From NCBI GenBank assembly GCA_038232935.1, contig JBBSMX010000003.1, positions 6,443 to 70,442 of the forward strand: DNA of 64,000 nucleotides. The letters run 5' to 3'. The translations under genes and the position numbers were made by a program. The notes beneath the pieces are model-generated. The model saw only the letters and a program-made list of their open reading frames with translations, searched no databases and was not told the origin of the DNA. The DNA is from Rhodothermales bacterium. Its GTDB lineage: Bacteria; Bacteroidota; Rhodothermia; Rhodothermales; JANQRZ01. Numbering within the stretch: position 1 is the stretch's first letter; each line of letters starts with the position of its first letter. Positions 18,049 through 27,375 of the stretch are shown here, in pieces.

Positions 18049-19830
18049 GTGCCTCTTCCGCCCAACTCCGTCCTGCTCGATACCGTGTGGCCCGACGGCC
18101 TGGATCAGACGGTGGGACCGCGCCTCTTCACCCGGCCCGAGCATGTCCTCACAGCGCACACGCTCGCCGACGTGCTGCCGCTGCTCGCGGAGCTCGACCG
18201 ACTCACAGCCGAGGGTGCGTGGGCGGCTGGCTATCTCGCCTACGAGGCTGGCTACGCGTTCGAGCAGATCGCCCCGCTGACCACGCGGCCGGAGCCGCTC
18301 GCGTGGTTCGGAGTCTACCGCGCTCCCCAGCGACTGACGGGGGACGACGTGGAGGCGCTGCTGGCCGAGGGGGGGAGCTATGCCCTCACCGAGCCGCAGT
18401 TCGCCCTCGACCGGCCAGCGTACCAGGCGCGCATCGCTCGCATCAAACAGTATATCCGGGAAGGCGAGGTCTACCAGATAAACTTCACCGCCCCGTTCCG
18501 CTTCGGGTTCGAGGGCGATCCGGTGGGCTTCTACGCCACGCTCCGGCGAAAGCAGCGCGTCGGCTACGGAGCGCTAATCCGCGCGGGGGACGTGTGGGTG
18601 CTCTCCCGCTCACCGGAGCTGTTTTTCGCACGAGACGGTCGGCGAGTTACGGCGCGGCCGATGAAGGGGACGGTCCGGCGCGGTGCGACGGGGGAGGAGG
18701 ACGCGGCCCAGTCGCGCTGGCTGACGGCGGACGCGAAGAACCGGGCCGAGAACCTGATGATCGTGGACCTCTTGCGCAACGACCTCTCCATCGTGGCCAA
18801 ACCGGGGTCGGTGCAGGTGTCGGCGCTGTTCACGGCCGAGCGCTACGACACACTCTGGCAGATGACCTCGACGGTCGAGGCACTACTGAGACCAGGCGTC
18901 GGGACGGGCGAACTCATCCGCGCACTGTTTCCCTGTGGCTCGGTCACGGGGGCACCGAAGATCCGCGCGATGCAACTCATCGACGGGCTGGAGGACGGGC
19001 CGCGCGATGTCTACTGCGGGGCCATCGGGTTCATCGGTCCGGGCGGGCGCGCCGTGTTCAACGTGCCGATTCGCACCGTCGTCCTGCGCGATGGCGAGGG
19101 GCGTATGGGGAGTGGGAGCGGGGTGGTGTGGGACTCCGACGCCGACGCTGAGTACGACGAGTGCCTGTTGAAAGCCCGCTTCCTCACCGCTCCACCGCCA
19201 CCCGAATTCGCCCTGCTCGAAGCGATCCGGTGGGACGGAGGCTTCGACCTGCTCGATGCTCACCTCGACCGGCTGCGCAGTGCCGCCGCCTATTTCGACT
19301 TCCCCTACGACGAGGCCGCGCTGCGCGACCGGTTGTATGCCGCCGGGGCCGATCTTCAGCAGGGCGAGGCCCACCGAGTTCGGCTTTTGTGGGACCGGCA
19401 CGGCTACCTCGGCATTGACGCCGTGCCTCTCGCCGCGTCACCGTTTCCGCTCCGTCGCGCCGTGATCTATCCCGATCCGGTCGATTCCGCCGACCCCTTC
19501 CTCCGTCACAAAACGACGAACCGGCCCGTGTATGCTCGTGCCTTCGCGTGGGCGCAGCAGCGTGGGTTCGACGAGGCGATCCTGCTGAACGAGCGCGGCG
19601 AAGTGACGGAGGGGACGCGGACGAACGTGTTCGTGCGACGCGGTGACCGCCTGCTCACGCCGCCGCTCGCGTCCGGCGGGCTCGGCGGGGTATACCGGGC
19701 GCACATCCTAGCCACGAAGGCGGGGGCGTACGAGGAAGTGCTGAGCGTGCCGGACCTACTGAGGGCCGACGCCGTTTACCTGTGCAACGCGGTGCGCGGC
19801 CTGAACGAAGTGACCGTAGTCACAGAGTGA
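18049..19830 (+). CDS. pabB: Aminodeoxychorismate synthase component I fused to aminodeoxychorismate lyase (PabB-PabC)
   Basis: 593 aa, GTG start. Chorismate-binding core (EVYQINFT..., PMKGT..R, CGSVTGAPKIRAMQLI, RDVYCGAIG) followed by a class-IV aminotransferase/ADC-lyase-like C-terminus (FLRHKTTNR..., EVTEGTRTNVF). Confidence 0.85.
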   Translation: MPLPPNSVLLDTVWPDGLDQTVGPRLFTRPEHVLTAHTLADVLPLLAELDRLTAEGAWAAGYLAYEAGYAFEQIAPLTTRPEPLAWFGVYRAPQRLTGDDVEALLAEGGSYALTEPQFALDRPAYQARIARIKQYIREGEVYQINFTAPFRFGFEGDPVGFYATLRRKQRVGYGALIRAGDVWVLSRSPELFFARDGRRVTARPMKGTVRRGATGEEDAAQSRWLTADAKNRAENLMIVDLLRNDLSIVAKPGSVQVSALFTAERYDTLWQMTSTVEALLRPGVGTGELIRALFPCGSVTGAPKIRAMQLIDGLEDGPRDVYCGAIGFIGPGGRAVFNVPIRTVVLRDGEGRMGSGSGVVWDSDADAEYDECLLKARFLTAPPPPEFALLEAIRWDGGFDLLDAHLDRLRSAAAYFDFPYDEAALRDRLYAAGADLQQGEAHRVRLLWDRHGYLGIDAVPLAASPFPLRRAVIYPDPVDSADPFLRHKTTNRPVYARAFAWAQQRGFDEAILLNERGEVTEGTRTNVFVRRGDRLLTPPLASGGLGGVYRAHILATKAGAYEEVLSVPDLLRADAVYLCNAVRGLNEVTVVTE

Positions 19831-19886
19831 GGGTGGACGCTGCGCCCGCGCCGTGACTTCCCCCTCTCATTCAGCCCTCTCCGATC

Positions 19887-20519
19887 ATGGCAGGCATCCT
19901 CGACCTCCTCGGCCCCGCGCTCAGCGGCGGTACCCTTCAGAACCTCAGCCGCTCCGTCGGCGCGGACGAGCAGACGACGCAGCGCGCGATGATGGCGGCA
20001 CTACCGCTCATCCTCGGCGCGATGAACCGCAATACCAACGACCCGCGCGGCGCGCAGTCGCTCGCGCACGCCCTCGAAAAAGACCACGACGGGAGCCTGC
20101 TCGACAACCTCGGCGGATTCCTCGGCAACCTCACCGGGTCCGGGTCGGCGGCGAGCACGGCCGAGGTGAACCCGCGTGCCGTGGACGGAACCGGAATCCT
20201 CGGGCACATCTTCGGGAAGCAATTGCCGCAGGTGCAACAGGGCGTCGGGAAGGCGACGGGGCTCGACAGCGGGCAGGTCACGCGGATGCTCGTCACGCTC
20301 GCGCCGCTCGTGATGGCCTACCTCGGCCGAAAGAAGCGGCAGGAAAACCTCGACGCGGGCGGGCTTTCCGACCTCGTCAACCGCGAGGCCGCGAGCTCCC
20401 GCGAGGCCGCGCCCACCGACCTCCTCGGCAAGATCGGCAGCTTTCTCGACCGCGACGGCGACGGCAATCCCCTCGACGACGTAGCCGGGATGCTCGGCGG
20501 ATTCCTGGGCAAACGCTAG
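19887..20519 (+). CDS. DUF937-like protein
   Basis: MAGILDLLGPALSGGTLQNLSRSVGADEQTTQRAMMAALPLILGAM... matches the DUF937 N-terminal pattern from memory. Confidence 0.7.
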   Translation: MAGILDLLGPALSGGTLQNLSRSVGADEQTTQRAMMAALPLILGAMNRNTNDPRGAQSLAHALEKDHDGSLLDNLGGFLGNLTGSGSAASTAEVNPRAVDGTGILGHIFGKQLPQVQQGVGKATGLDSGQVTRMLVTLAPLVMAYLGRKKRQENLDAGGLSDLVNREAASSREAAPTDLLGKIGSFLDRDGDGNPLDDVAGMLGGFLGKR

Positions 20520-20533
20520 GTATATCAGAGGAC

Positions 20534-20595
20534 GGAGGGGCGGGGGGTTGGAGGAGTGTGCTGCGGTCCGTACGCTTCCGGCCTCCCGCCCCTCC
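20534..20595. repeat. Intergenic hairpin (11-bp perfect arms)
   Basis: ggaggggcggg (20534-20544) / cccgcccctcc (20585-20595), between DUF937 and ppk2. Confidence 0.55.
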
Positions 20596-20612
20596 CATTT
20601 GTCACCCTTCCG

Positions 20613-21443
20613 ATGACTATCGACCTCAGCCCGTACCGCATCGAACCCGGCGAGCCGCCTCGCCTCGCCGAGCGCGCCACGGCCGACACGCAGGGTCTCT
20701 CCGAAAAGCGCGACGAAGACCGCGTCGACGCACAGGTCAAGGAGAACCTCGACCGGCTCGACGATTTGCAGGAGCGGCTCTACGCCGAGCGAAAGCAATC
20801 GCTGCTCGTCATCCTGCAGGCGATGGACGGTGCGGGCAAGGACTCGACCATCGAGCACGTCTTCGGTGAACTGAACCCGCAGGGCGTGCGCGTGTGGAGT
20901 TTCGGCAAGCCGACCGAGAAGGAGCTCGCGCACGACTTCCTCTGGCGCGTCCACAAGCAGACGCCGGGTGCGGGTTACATCGGCGTGTTCAACCGCTCGC
21001 ACTACGAAGACGTGCTGATCGTCCGCGTCCACGGCTGGGCTCCGCCGGACATCATCGAGCGCCGCTACGAGCACATCAACCACTTCGAGCGGCTCCTCGC
21101 CGATGGCGGCACGCGCATCGTGAAGCTGATGCTCCACGTCTCGAAAGACTACCAACTCGAACGGATGCGGCGGCGGCTGCAGAAGCCGGACAAGCACTGG
21201 AAGTTCAACCCGGACGACCTCAAAGAGCGGAAGCTGTGGGATGACTACATGGAGGCGTTCGAGACCGCGCTCACGCGCTGTTCGACGGAGACTGCGCCGT
21301 GGTACGTCATCCCCGGCGAGGAGCGGTGGTTCCGCGACCTCGTCGTCAGCCAGCTCCTGCTGAAGACGATGGAGGCGATGAACCCGCAGTATCCCGAGCC
21401 CTCCTTCGACCCCGCCGACTACCCGCCGGAATCAATCTCCTGA
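20613..21443 (+). CDS. ppk2: Polyphosphate kinase 2 family protein
   Basis: LLVILQAMDGAGKDSTIEHVF (Walker A-like) and FNRSHYEDVLIVRVHG are typical PPK2. ATG 20613 (MTIDLSPY). Confidence 0.9.
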   Translation: MTIDLSPYRIEPGEPPRLAERATADTQGLSEKRDEDRVDAQVKENLDRLDDLQERLYAERKQSLLVILQAMDGAGKDSTIEHVFGELNPQGVRVWSFGKPTEKELAHDFLWRVHKQTPGAGYIGVFNRSHYEDVLIVRVHGWAPPDIIERRYEHINHFERLLADGGTRIVKLMLHVSKDYQLERMRRRLQKPDKHWKFNPDDLKERKLWDDYMEAFETALTRCSTETAPWYVIPGEERWFRDLVVSQLLLKTMEAMNPQYPEPSFDPADYPPESIS

Positions 21444-22361
21444 CGCTGCGGCGAGCGCGAACCGTTGGGCGCGGGCGAGGGCGCCCTGGACCGGGCGGCG
21501 CGACGGGCGGACGACGCTCCAGCGGGGGAGATGGCGCACGAGGGCCTCGGTGACGCACTCGCGGTAGTAGGCTTCTTCGGCTAGACCTCCCAGCAGGGCT
21601 ATGCGTGGAGCGATGGGTTGTTCTGCGGCGCGTGTCACCAGCCAGCCTGCGCGCTGCGCGAGCGCGTTCGCCTGCATCTTCAACACGCGCGTGCATGCCC
21701 AGTCGCCTGCCTCTGCTGTCGCCACGACGAGCGGGGCCATTTCCTGCACCTTCCAACCCTCGGCATATACTTTATGTATGAGATCGTCGGGCGTCGTGAT
21801 GCCGAACTGTTCGGCGAGGCGTTGGCGGAGTGCGGTGGGCTCGCCCCCGTCGAAGTCGGCGGCGACGGCACCGAGGGCCGCTGCGCCGATGGCGGTACCA
21901 CTGCCCTCGTCGCCGATGCGTGGTCCCCAGCCGCCGGCCCGCAGCAGCGTCCCTTCTTCCGTGCGAGCCAGCACTGCAGAGCCGGTCCCGACGATAACGA
22001 TCATCCCACTCTCGTGCTCGAACGCCGCATCCAGCGCGATGAGGGCGTCGTGCTCCACTGCGAGCGAGCAAGCGGCGAGGGAGGAGCCGAGGCGGTCGCG
22101 GAGGCGAGCCATGAGGTCGGCCTGTTCGGTCGCTCGGCCTGCTCCGGCCACGCCTGCACAGATGCTGCCTGTGCCGTCGTGCTCCAGCGACCCCGCGACG
22201 TCAGTGATGAGAGAGGCGAGGACGTCCGCGCTCTGCTCGACACCGTCACGCTGGAGGTTCACACCAGGGCCGATACGGGTCGCCGACGCTTTGCCTGCGA
22301 GGGCCAAAACATCGGTTTTAGAGCCTCCAGCGTCGATGCCGATGTAAAGGGGAGGGGGCAT
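21432..22361 (-). CDS. BadF/BadG/BcrA/BcrD-type ATPase (N-acetylglucosamine-kinase-like)
   Basis: MPPPLYIGIDAGGSKTDVLA..., GVAGAGR and GTGS motifs of the ASKHA/BadF kinase family. ATG 22361. Confidence 0.8.
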   Translation of the reverse strand: MPPPLYIGIDAGGSKTDVLALAGKASATRIGPGVNLQRDGVEQSADVLASLITDVAGSLEHDGTGSICAGVAGAGRATEQADLMARLRDRLGSSLAACSLAVEHDALIALDAAFEHESGMIVIVGTGSAVLARTEEGTLLRAGGWGPRIGDEGSGTAIGAAALGAVAADFDGGEPTALRQRLAEQFGITTPDDLIHKVYAEGWKVQEMAPLVVATAEAGDWACTRVLKMQANALAQRAGWLVTRAAEQPIAPRIALLGGLAEEAYYRECVTEALVRHLPRWSVVRPSRRPVQGALARAQRFALAAASGD

Positions 22362-22389
22362 AGAGGAAAGGTCTTGCGAGCAAGTGCGC

Positions 22390-24447
22390 TCAACCGTCGG
22401 CAGGAATGAGTCGAATGCTCCGCTCGGGCGTGACGGTGCGCCCGACGGCGTAGGGCTCGACAGGGTCGGTGAGGCGACGACCACGGAAGGCGCTGTCGTA
22501 GAGGTCACGGTGGCGAATCCAGACAGGTTCCCAGTCGGGAGCACGGCTCTTCGCTGCCCATGCGGCGGTGGAAGGGGTTTCGGGGAATAGACGGGACGGC
22601 CCCCACGCGAGCGTTGTCGGGTGGCCGCCATCGGGGCGGATCGCGGGGGCGAACCGGCGCCGGCCCGTCTCGGACGCGTCCCGCGTGAACAGGGGGAAGT
22701 AGCGTGTGGCACCCTGCACGTTCTGCCAGCGCCAGCGTGCTCCGACCTCGCCGTGCTCTTCCTCCAATTGCGCCAGCGCACGCTGGAGAGACGTCCGAAG
22801 GTCCGTGACGACCGGGGGCTCCGCGACCACGCCCGTGGAGTCCGGAGGCGGAAGGGGAGCGGTCACGACGGCCAAGTCGGGCAATGCGCCAGTGTTCTCT
22901 CGGTAGGCTTCCATCCACCGCTCGAATATAGAAGCTGCAATGGACGCGGGGTCGTAGCGGAAGTCCCAACTCCGGAGGTAGGCGGAGGCGTCACGAAGGT
23001 TCTCTTCTACATCATCCGGCCCGCCCAGCGTAGCGATGACGGGCGGGGCCAGTTCTGCCGCCCACGTGCTGTAAGCGTCGGTCAGAAGACCTGTAGCGCT
23101 GACGGCCGTACTGTCTCCGTTCAGCAGCGTGAGGCGGTCGGCCACGTACGTGCTCCAGGGGTGGCTGCCGGCGAAGGTGCCGCCTGGTAGATTGCGGACG
23201 ACCGCCGGACTCCCCAGCACCCGTGCCTGGCTACCGTCCACGATGAGGCCTCCGCCGGGGAACAGGGTAAACGTCGGTGCTTCCCCTTGGAGCAGCGCGC
23301 GCCATGCCGAGAGGTCGGTGCCCGTTTCGAAGCCGCGCCATCGGATCTGCCACGTAGCCGGCAGGGACGGAGGCGCAGCGAGCGTGTCCACGACGCGCCC
23401 TAGCGTATCACGCACGAGGGTGGGAGCCTGCGGCGGTGGTGGCGGAGTGGTGGGGTCGTAGAGCAGCAGCGCGCCCCCAGCACGGTAGAGTGTCACCAGA
23501 GACTCGTCGCCGCTGCGGGTGACGACGCGAGCAAAGGTTGGGTTCGGGGCAAGGGAATCGGTGGCGGGAGCAAGGGTGGTCGTTCCATTCAGGAAGATGC
23601 TCCACGCGGTGCTCCCGTAGCCGGACGGTACCATGAGGGTACCGGGGATTGAGGCGACGAGCGTGTTGCGGCCACCCTGACGGAGCATGACCCCGCGGAA
23701 GAGCGGGAGGGCCGAGCTTCCGTAGACCTGTCGCTGCACGAAGGTGGTTCCGGTCGAGTCGCTGAGGGTGAAGGCGAGGGCGTGTTCCAGCCCGCCGAGG
23801 TAGAGTGTGCTGCGGAAGACTGAGTCCGCAGTGGCGAACCGGCGCAGCGGCGTGCTCGCCCGGTACGCGGCCTGCACGGTCGAGTCCTCGGAAGCAGGTG
23901 GCACGGCGAGGTAAGCCATGAGCCTTTCGACGGCGAGGGCGTCCCACGGCCGCCACGGCTTGGCGTGTACGTCGAACAGCACGAACTCGTCGCCCTCGTC
24001 GAGCCGGGCGCGCTCGAAGGCGCGGTTGACGCCGCGGGCGTATGCCTGGAGCACGGCGCGGTCGTCGTCGGAGAGGGTGTCGTAGGTGGCACGGGCGAAC
24101 GCGCCGAAACCGAGCGTGAGGGCGTGGCGGTCGAGGGTGAGGGCCGTCGAGTCCTGGAACCACTCGCTGAGCGAGCCCGTGGCGGCCTGCCGCCAGAGCA
24201 CCATCGGCCATGCGCTTTGCAGGGCGTGGACGTATCCGAGCCCCGTGTACAGGTCGGTCTCGTTCTGCGCTTCGATGATCGGGATGTCGGACGCCGCGTA
24301 GGAGATGGTAACGGGGGCGGCGAGGCCGGGCACGCGGGCCTCGCCGCTGAAGCCGGGGCCGGTCCCGTACGCGAGGTACCAGAGGAGCACGCCCAGCCCG
24401 AGCGCGGCGAGCAGGAGGACGAGCAGGGCGGTGAAGAGGCGAACCAC
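22390..24447 (-). CDS. Penicillin acylase (S45, Ntn-hydrolase) family protein
   Basis: GLGYVHALQSAWPMVLWRQ and the overall alpha/beta subunit layout. Start uncertain: GTG 24447 (VRLFTALLVLLLAALG signal/TM) preferred, because 24448-24558 of the long ORF is REP-palindrome sequence (translates ..RARHALPL..). Confidence 0.8.
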   Translation of the reverse strand: MVRLFTALLVLLLAALGLGVLLWYLAYGTGPGFSGEARVPGLAAPVTISYAASDIPIIEAQNETDLYTGLGYVHALQSAWPMVLWRQAATGSLSEWFQDSTALTLDRHALTLGFGAFARATYDTLSDDDRAVLQAYARGVNRAFERARLDEGDEFVLFDVHAKPWRPWDALAVERLMAYLAVPPASEDSTVQAAYRASTPLRRFATADSVFRSTLYLGGLEHALAFTLSDSTGTTFVQRQVYGSSALPLFRGVMLRQGGRNTLVASIPGTLMVPSGYGSTAWSIFLNGTTTLAPATDSLAPNPTFARVVTRSGDESLVTLYRAGGALLLYDPTTPPPPPQAPTLVRDTLGRVVDTLAAPPSLPATWQIRWRGFETGTDLSAWRALLQGEAPTFTLFPGGGLIVDGSQARVLGSPAVVRNLPGGTFAGSHPWSTYVADRLTLLNGDSTAVSATGLLTDAYSTWAAELAPPVIATLGGPDDVEENLRDASAYLRSWDFRYDPASIAASIFERWMEAYRENTGALPDLAVVTAPLPPPDSTGVVAEPPVVTDLRTSLQRALAQLEEEHGEVGARWRWQNVQGATRYFPLFTRDASETGRRRFAPAIRPDGGHPTTLAWGPSRLFPETPSTAAWAAKSRAPDWEPVWIRHRDLYDSAFRGRRLTDPVEPYAVGRTVTPERSIRLIPADG

Positions 24448-24518
24448 GGAAGGATAGGGGGATCGGGGGCGAACAAGGAGACGGCAAAGGTACGGCAGAT
24501 GCTTTCCAACAGGCGACC

Positions 24519-24545
24519 GTAGGGGCAAGGCGTGCCTTGCCCGCG
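24519..24545. repeat. REP-like palindrome gtaggggcaaggcgtgccttgccc
   Basis: 9-bp stem gggcaaggc/gccttgccc read directly. Lies between the polX stop and the acylase start (same strand). Confidence 0.6.
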
Positions 24546-24588
24546 TCGGGGTTGGCACATGCGGTCGGCGATCCCTCTTGTGCTGCCG

Positions 24589-26286
24589 CTATCCCTCCAT
24601 CTTCAGCGCGGTGCGCGAGGCCAGCCACGCGGCGAATTCGTCGGCGGACTTCGCGTTCAGGCACTGCTCCGGCGTCAGCCAACCTTTCCGCGCAACGGCA
24701 ACGCCCCACTGCACGTCCTCCAGCCCGTCGACGGCATGGGCGTCCGGGTTGATCGCGATGAGCACGCCTTGCGCCGTGGCTTCCCGGACGTAGCGCCAGT
24801 CCATGTCCAGCCGGTACGGATTCGCGTTCACTTCGATAGCGACGCCGTGCGCCGCGCACGCGGTGATTACGCGGCTGTGGTCTACGGGATAGCCCTCGCG
24901 GGAGAGCAAGAGGCGGCCCGTGAGGTGTCCCATGATTGCCACGTGGGGATGCTCGGCAGCCCGGATTAGCCGCTCCGTCGCCTCGTCTTCCGTCATGTTG
25001 AAGTGCGAGTGGGTGCTGGCGACGACGAAGTCGAGTTCGGCGAGCACGTCGTCGGGGTAGTCGAGCGAGCCGTCGCGGAGGATGTCACACTCGGAGCCGT
25101 GGAAGATGCGGAACGGCGGGCCTCCATCAGCGGCGAACGCGGCGTTGAGGGCGCGGACCTCCTCGGACTGCTCGCGCAGCCGCTCCACGGAGAGGCCGTT
25201 CGCGATCTGGAGTGATCGGCTGTGGTCGCAAACGCCGAAGTATCCGAGCCCCATCGCGCGGGCGGCCTCGGCCATCTGCCGGAGCGTGTGTGCGCCGTCG
25301 CTGTAGGTCGAGTGGTTGTGGAGCGTGCCGCGCAGGTCGCCGGCGGCGATCAGCCGGGGCAAGTCGCCGTCCGAGGCGGCGGCGGCGAGTTCGCCACGAT
25401 CCTCGCGCAACTCAGGTGGAATCCACGTGAGTCCGTGGTTCTCGTAGATCGCAGCTTCGTCCGTCACCTCGCCCGGCTCGCCGTAGCGGTCGACGAATGC
25501 GGTGACGTGTTCGGCCGAGCCCGTGTGCTGCCACCACATACGCGGAAAGTCGTCGGACTCGGCGTGATAGACCCGCAGGTCGAGGCCGTCGGGGAGTGTA
25601 CCGGCGAAGAACACATCGTCGGCTGCGTCGCTAGGCGCGGCGTGGCGGGCGAGGAGGGAGCGGAGCGCGTCCGCATCGCCCGCCACGACGAGGTCAGCCT
25701 CGGCGACGGTTTCGAGCTTGCGCCGGAGGGCACCGGCGAGTTCGGCCCGTTCGATGCCCGCATGGGTACGAAGGGCTTGCATCAGCGGGGCGACGGCGTC
25801 AAGCGCTTCGAAATAGCGGCGGCGGGCGCGGTACCGCCTGAGCTGGTGAAGGTTGTCGAGAATCGTGTCCTGCGACTTCTTCCCGAACCCTTCGAGCTCG
25901 GCGATGCGGCCCGTCGCGGCCATCTCTTCGAGGTCGTCGAGCGTGGTCACGCCGAGCTGCGTCCAGAGGGCACGGACTTTCTTCGGCCCCAGCCCTTTGA
26001 TGCGGAGCACGTCGAGGAGACCGGGCGGCAGCGTTTCGATGAGTTCGTCGAGCGTCTCGAACGAGCCCGTCGTCACGAGCGATGCGATGTCGTCGGCGAT
26101 GCCTTTGCCGATGCCCTGCACCTCGGTCATCTCCCCGCGCTCGACGAGTTGGAGGACGGACTCGTCCATGCGGTCCACGGTCCGCGAAGCGCTGCCGTAG
26201 GCACGGGCACGGAACGCGTTGCCGCCGGTCAGTTCGATGAGGTCGGCCGTCTGCTTGAGATGCCGGGCGATGCTTTTGTTGGTCAT
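24589..26286 (-). CDS. polX: DNA polymerase X family protein with C-terminal PHP domain
   Basis: MTNKSIARHLKQTADLIELTGGNAFRARAYGSASRTV..., VQGIGKGIADDI (HhH), PHP motifs HNHSTYSDG and GSECD. Confidence 0.9.
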   Translation of the reverse strand: MTNKSIARHLKQTADLIELTGGNAFRARAYGSASRTVDRMDESVLQLVERGEMTEVQGIGKGIADDIASLVTTGSFETLDELIETLPPGLLDVLRIKGLGPKKVRALWTQLGVTTLDDLEEMAATGRIAELEGFGKKSQDTILDNLHQLRRYRARRRYFEALDAVAPLMQALRTHAGIERAELAGALRRKLETVAEADLVVAGDADALRSLLARHAAPSDAADDVFFAGTLPDGLDLRVYHAESDDFPRMWWQHTGSAEHVTAFVDRYGEPGEVTDEAAIYENHGLTWIPPELREDRGELAAAASDGDLPRLIAAGDLRGTLHNHSTYSDGAHTLRQMAEAARAMGLGYFGVCDHSRSLQIANGLSVERLREQSEEVRALNAAFAADGGPPFRIFHGSECDILRDGSLDYPDDVLAELDFVVASTHSHFNMTEDEATERLIRAAEHPHVAIMGHLTGRLLLSREGYPVDHSRVITACAAHGVAIEVNANPYRLDMDWRYVREATAQGVLIAINPDAHAVDGLEDVQWGVAVARKGWLTPEQCLNAKSADEFAAWLASRTALKMEG

Positions 26287-26360
26287 GGAGACGAGAGGGA
26301 AAGCGGGGATGGAGGCAGAAGCGGTTGCACAGACGTACCGGTGGTGCCGACCTTTGCGGG

Positions 26361-27170
26361 ATGCCGCGCACAGAAACCCATTCCGCCACCGCCGAGGTTC
26401 CGTCCGGCGCGTCTCATCCCGACGTGCCGCTTGCCCGTGTGAGTGTCATCATCCCGACGCTCAACGAGGTCAAGCGGCTCGGCTCGCTCCTAGAGACGTT
26501 CACCCCGGAGCGCCGCCGCCGCTTCGGGCTCGATGTCGTCGTCACCGACGGCGGCTCGACGGACGGCACCCTCGCCGTGGCCGAGCGCCTCGCCGACCGT
26601 ATCGTCGTCCACCGTGGCCCGGAGCGGCAGACGATCTCGGCCGGACGGAACGCCGGAGCTGCCGCCGCGACCGGCCGCGTCCTCCTCTTCTTCAACGCCG
26701 ATGTCCGCTTCCCCGACGACGCCGACGCGTTCCTCGCCGACCTCATCGAGGCGGCAGAGGCCGGGGCGGCCACCTGTCGCGTCGGCGTGCACCCGGCGGA
26801 GGCGACGTGGGCGGACCGCCTCGTGCTCGGCACGTGCAACGTGCTGTTCTGCGGGCTGAACCTCGTCGGCGGCGGGATGGGGCGCGGCGAGTGCCACGCT
26901 GTCCGCCGCGACGTGTTCGAGGCCGTCGGCGGCTACAACGAAACGTACGCGGCCGGTGAAGATTTCGACCTGTTCAACCGGATCGCGCAGCGGGCGCGGC
27001 GGTGCGGCGACGGCCGCATCCGGTTCCTGTGGCACTGGGTACTCTACGAGGACCCCCGCCGCTACCGGCAAGCGGGCTACGTGCGGACGATGTGGGACTG
27101 GCTTCGCAACTCGGCTTCCATCACGTTCCTCGGCCGTTCGTACTCCGACGCGTGGGAGCCGGTGCGGTAG
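26361..27170 (+). CDS. Glycosyltransferase family 2
   Basis: VSVIIPTLNE... VVVTDGGSTDGT... NADVRFP... GEDFDL: GT2 (DxD) pattern. ATG 26361. Confidence 0.8.
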   Translation: MPRTETHSATAEVPSGASHPDVPLARVSVIIPTLNEVKRLGSLLETFTPERRRRFGLDVVVTDGGSTDGTLAVAERLADRIVVHRGPERQTISAGRNAGAAAATGRVLLFFNADVRFPDDADAFLADLIEAAEAGAATCRVGVHPAEATWADRLVLGTCNVLFCGLNLVGGGMGRGECHAVRRDVFEAVGGYNETYAAGEDFDLFNRIAQRARRCGDGRIRFLWHWVLYEDPRRYRQAGYVRTMWDWLRNSASITFLGRSYSDAWEPVR

Positions 27171-27375
27171 CGGGACAGAGCAGCGACGTTTGGCCGGGCT
27201 CCGGGTACAATTCTCGGGTTGCTCACCCGTTCTACCTCCGTGTACCCCCGTCCGGTGTCATATTTGTGACGATCTGCATCGTCAGCCACGGCGGGCAGAA
27301 CTCCCACGCATCCCGTGCCTTAAAGAAGAACCTCGCGTTGCCGCCCGGCGCGCTCACACCCAATCTGACGACTCG

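Noticed and set aside
24448-24558. Long N-terminal extension of the penicillin-acylase ORF (MPTPTRARHALPLRS...).
   Set aside because: It is encoded by the REP-like palindrome and its flanks. A GTG at 24447 gives a normal hydrophobic signal/anchor sequence.
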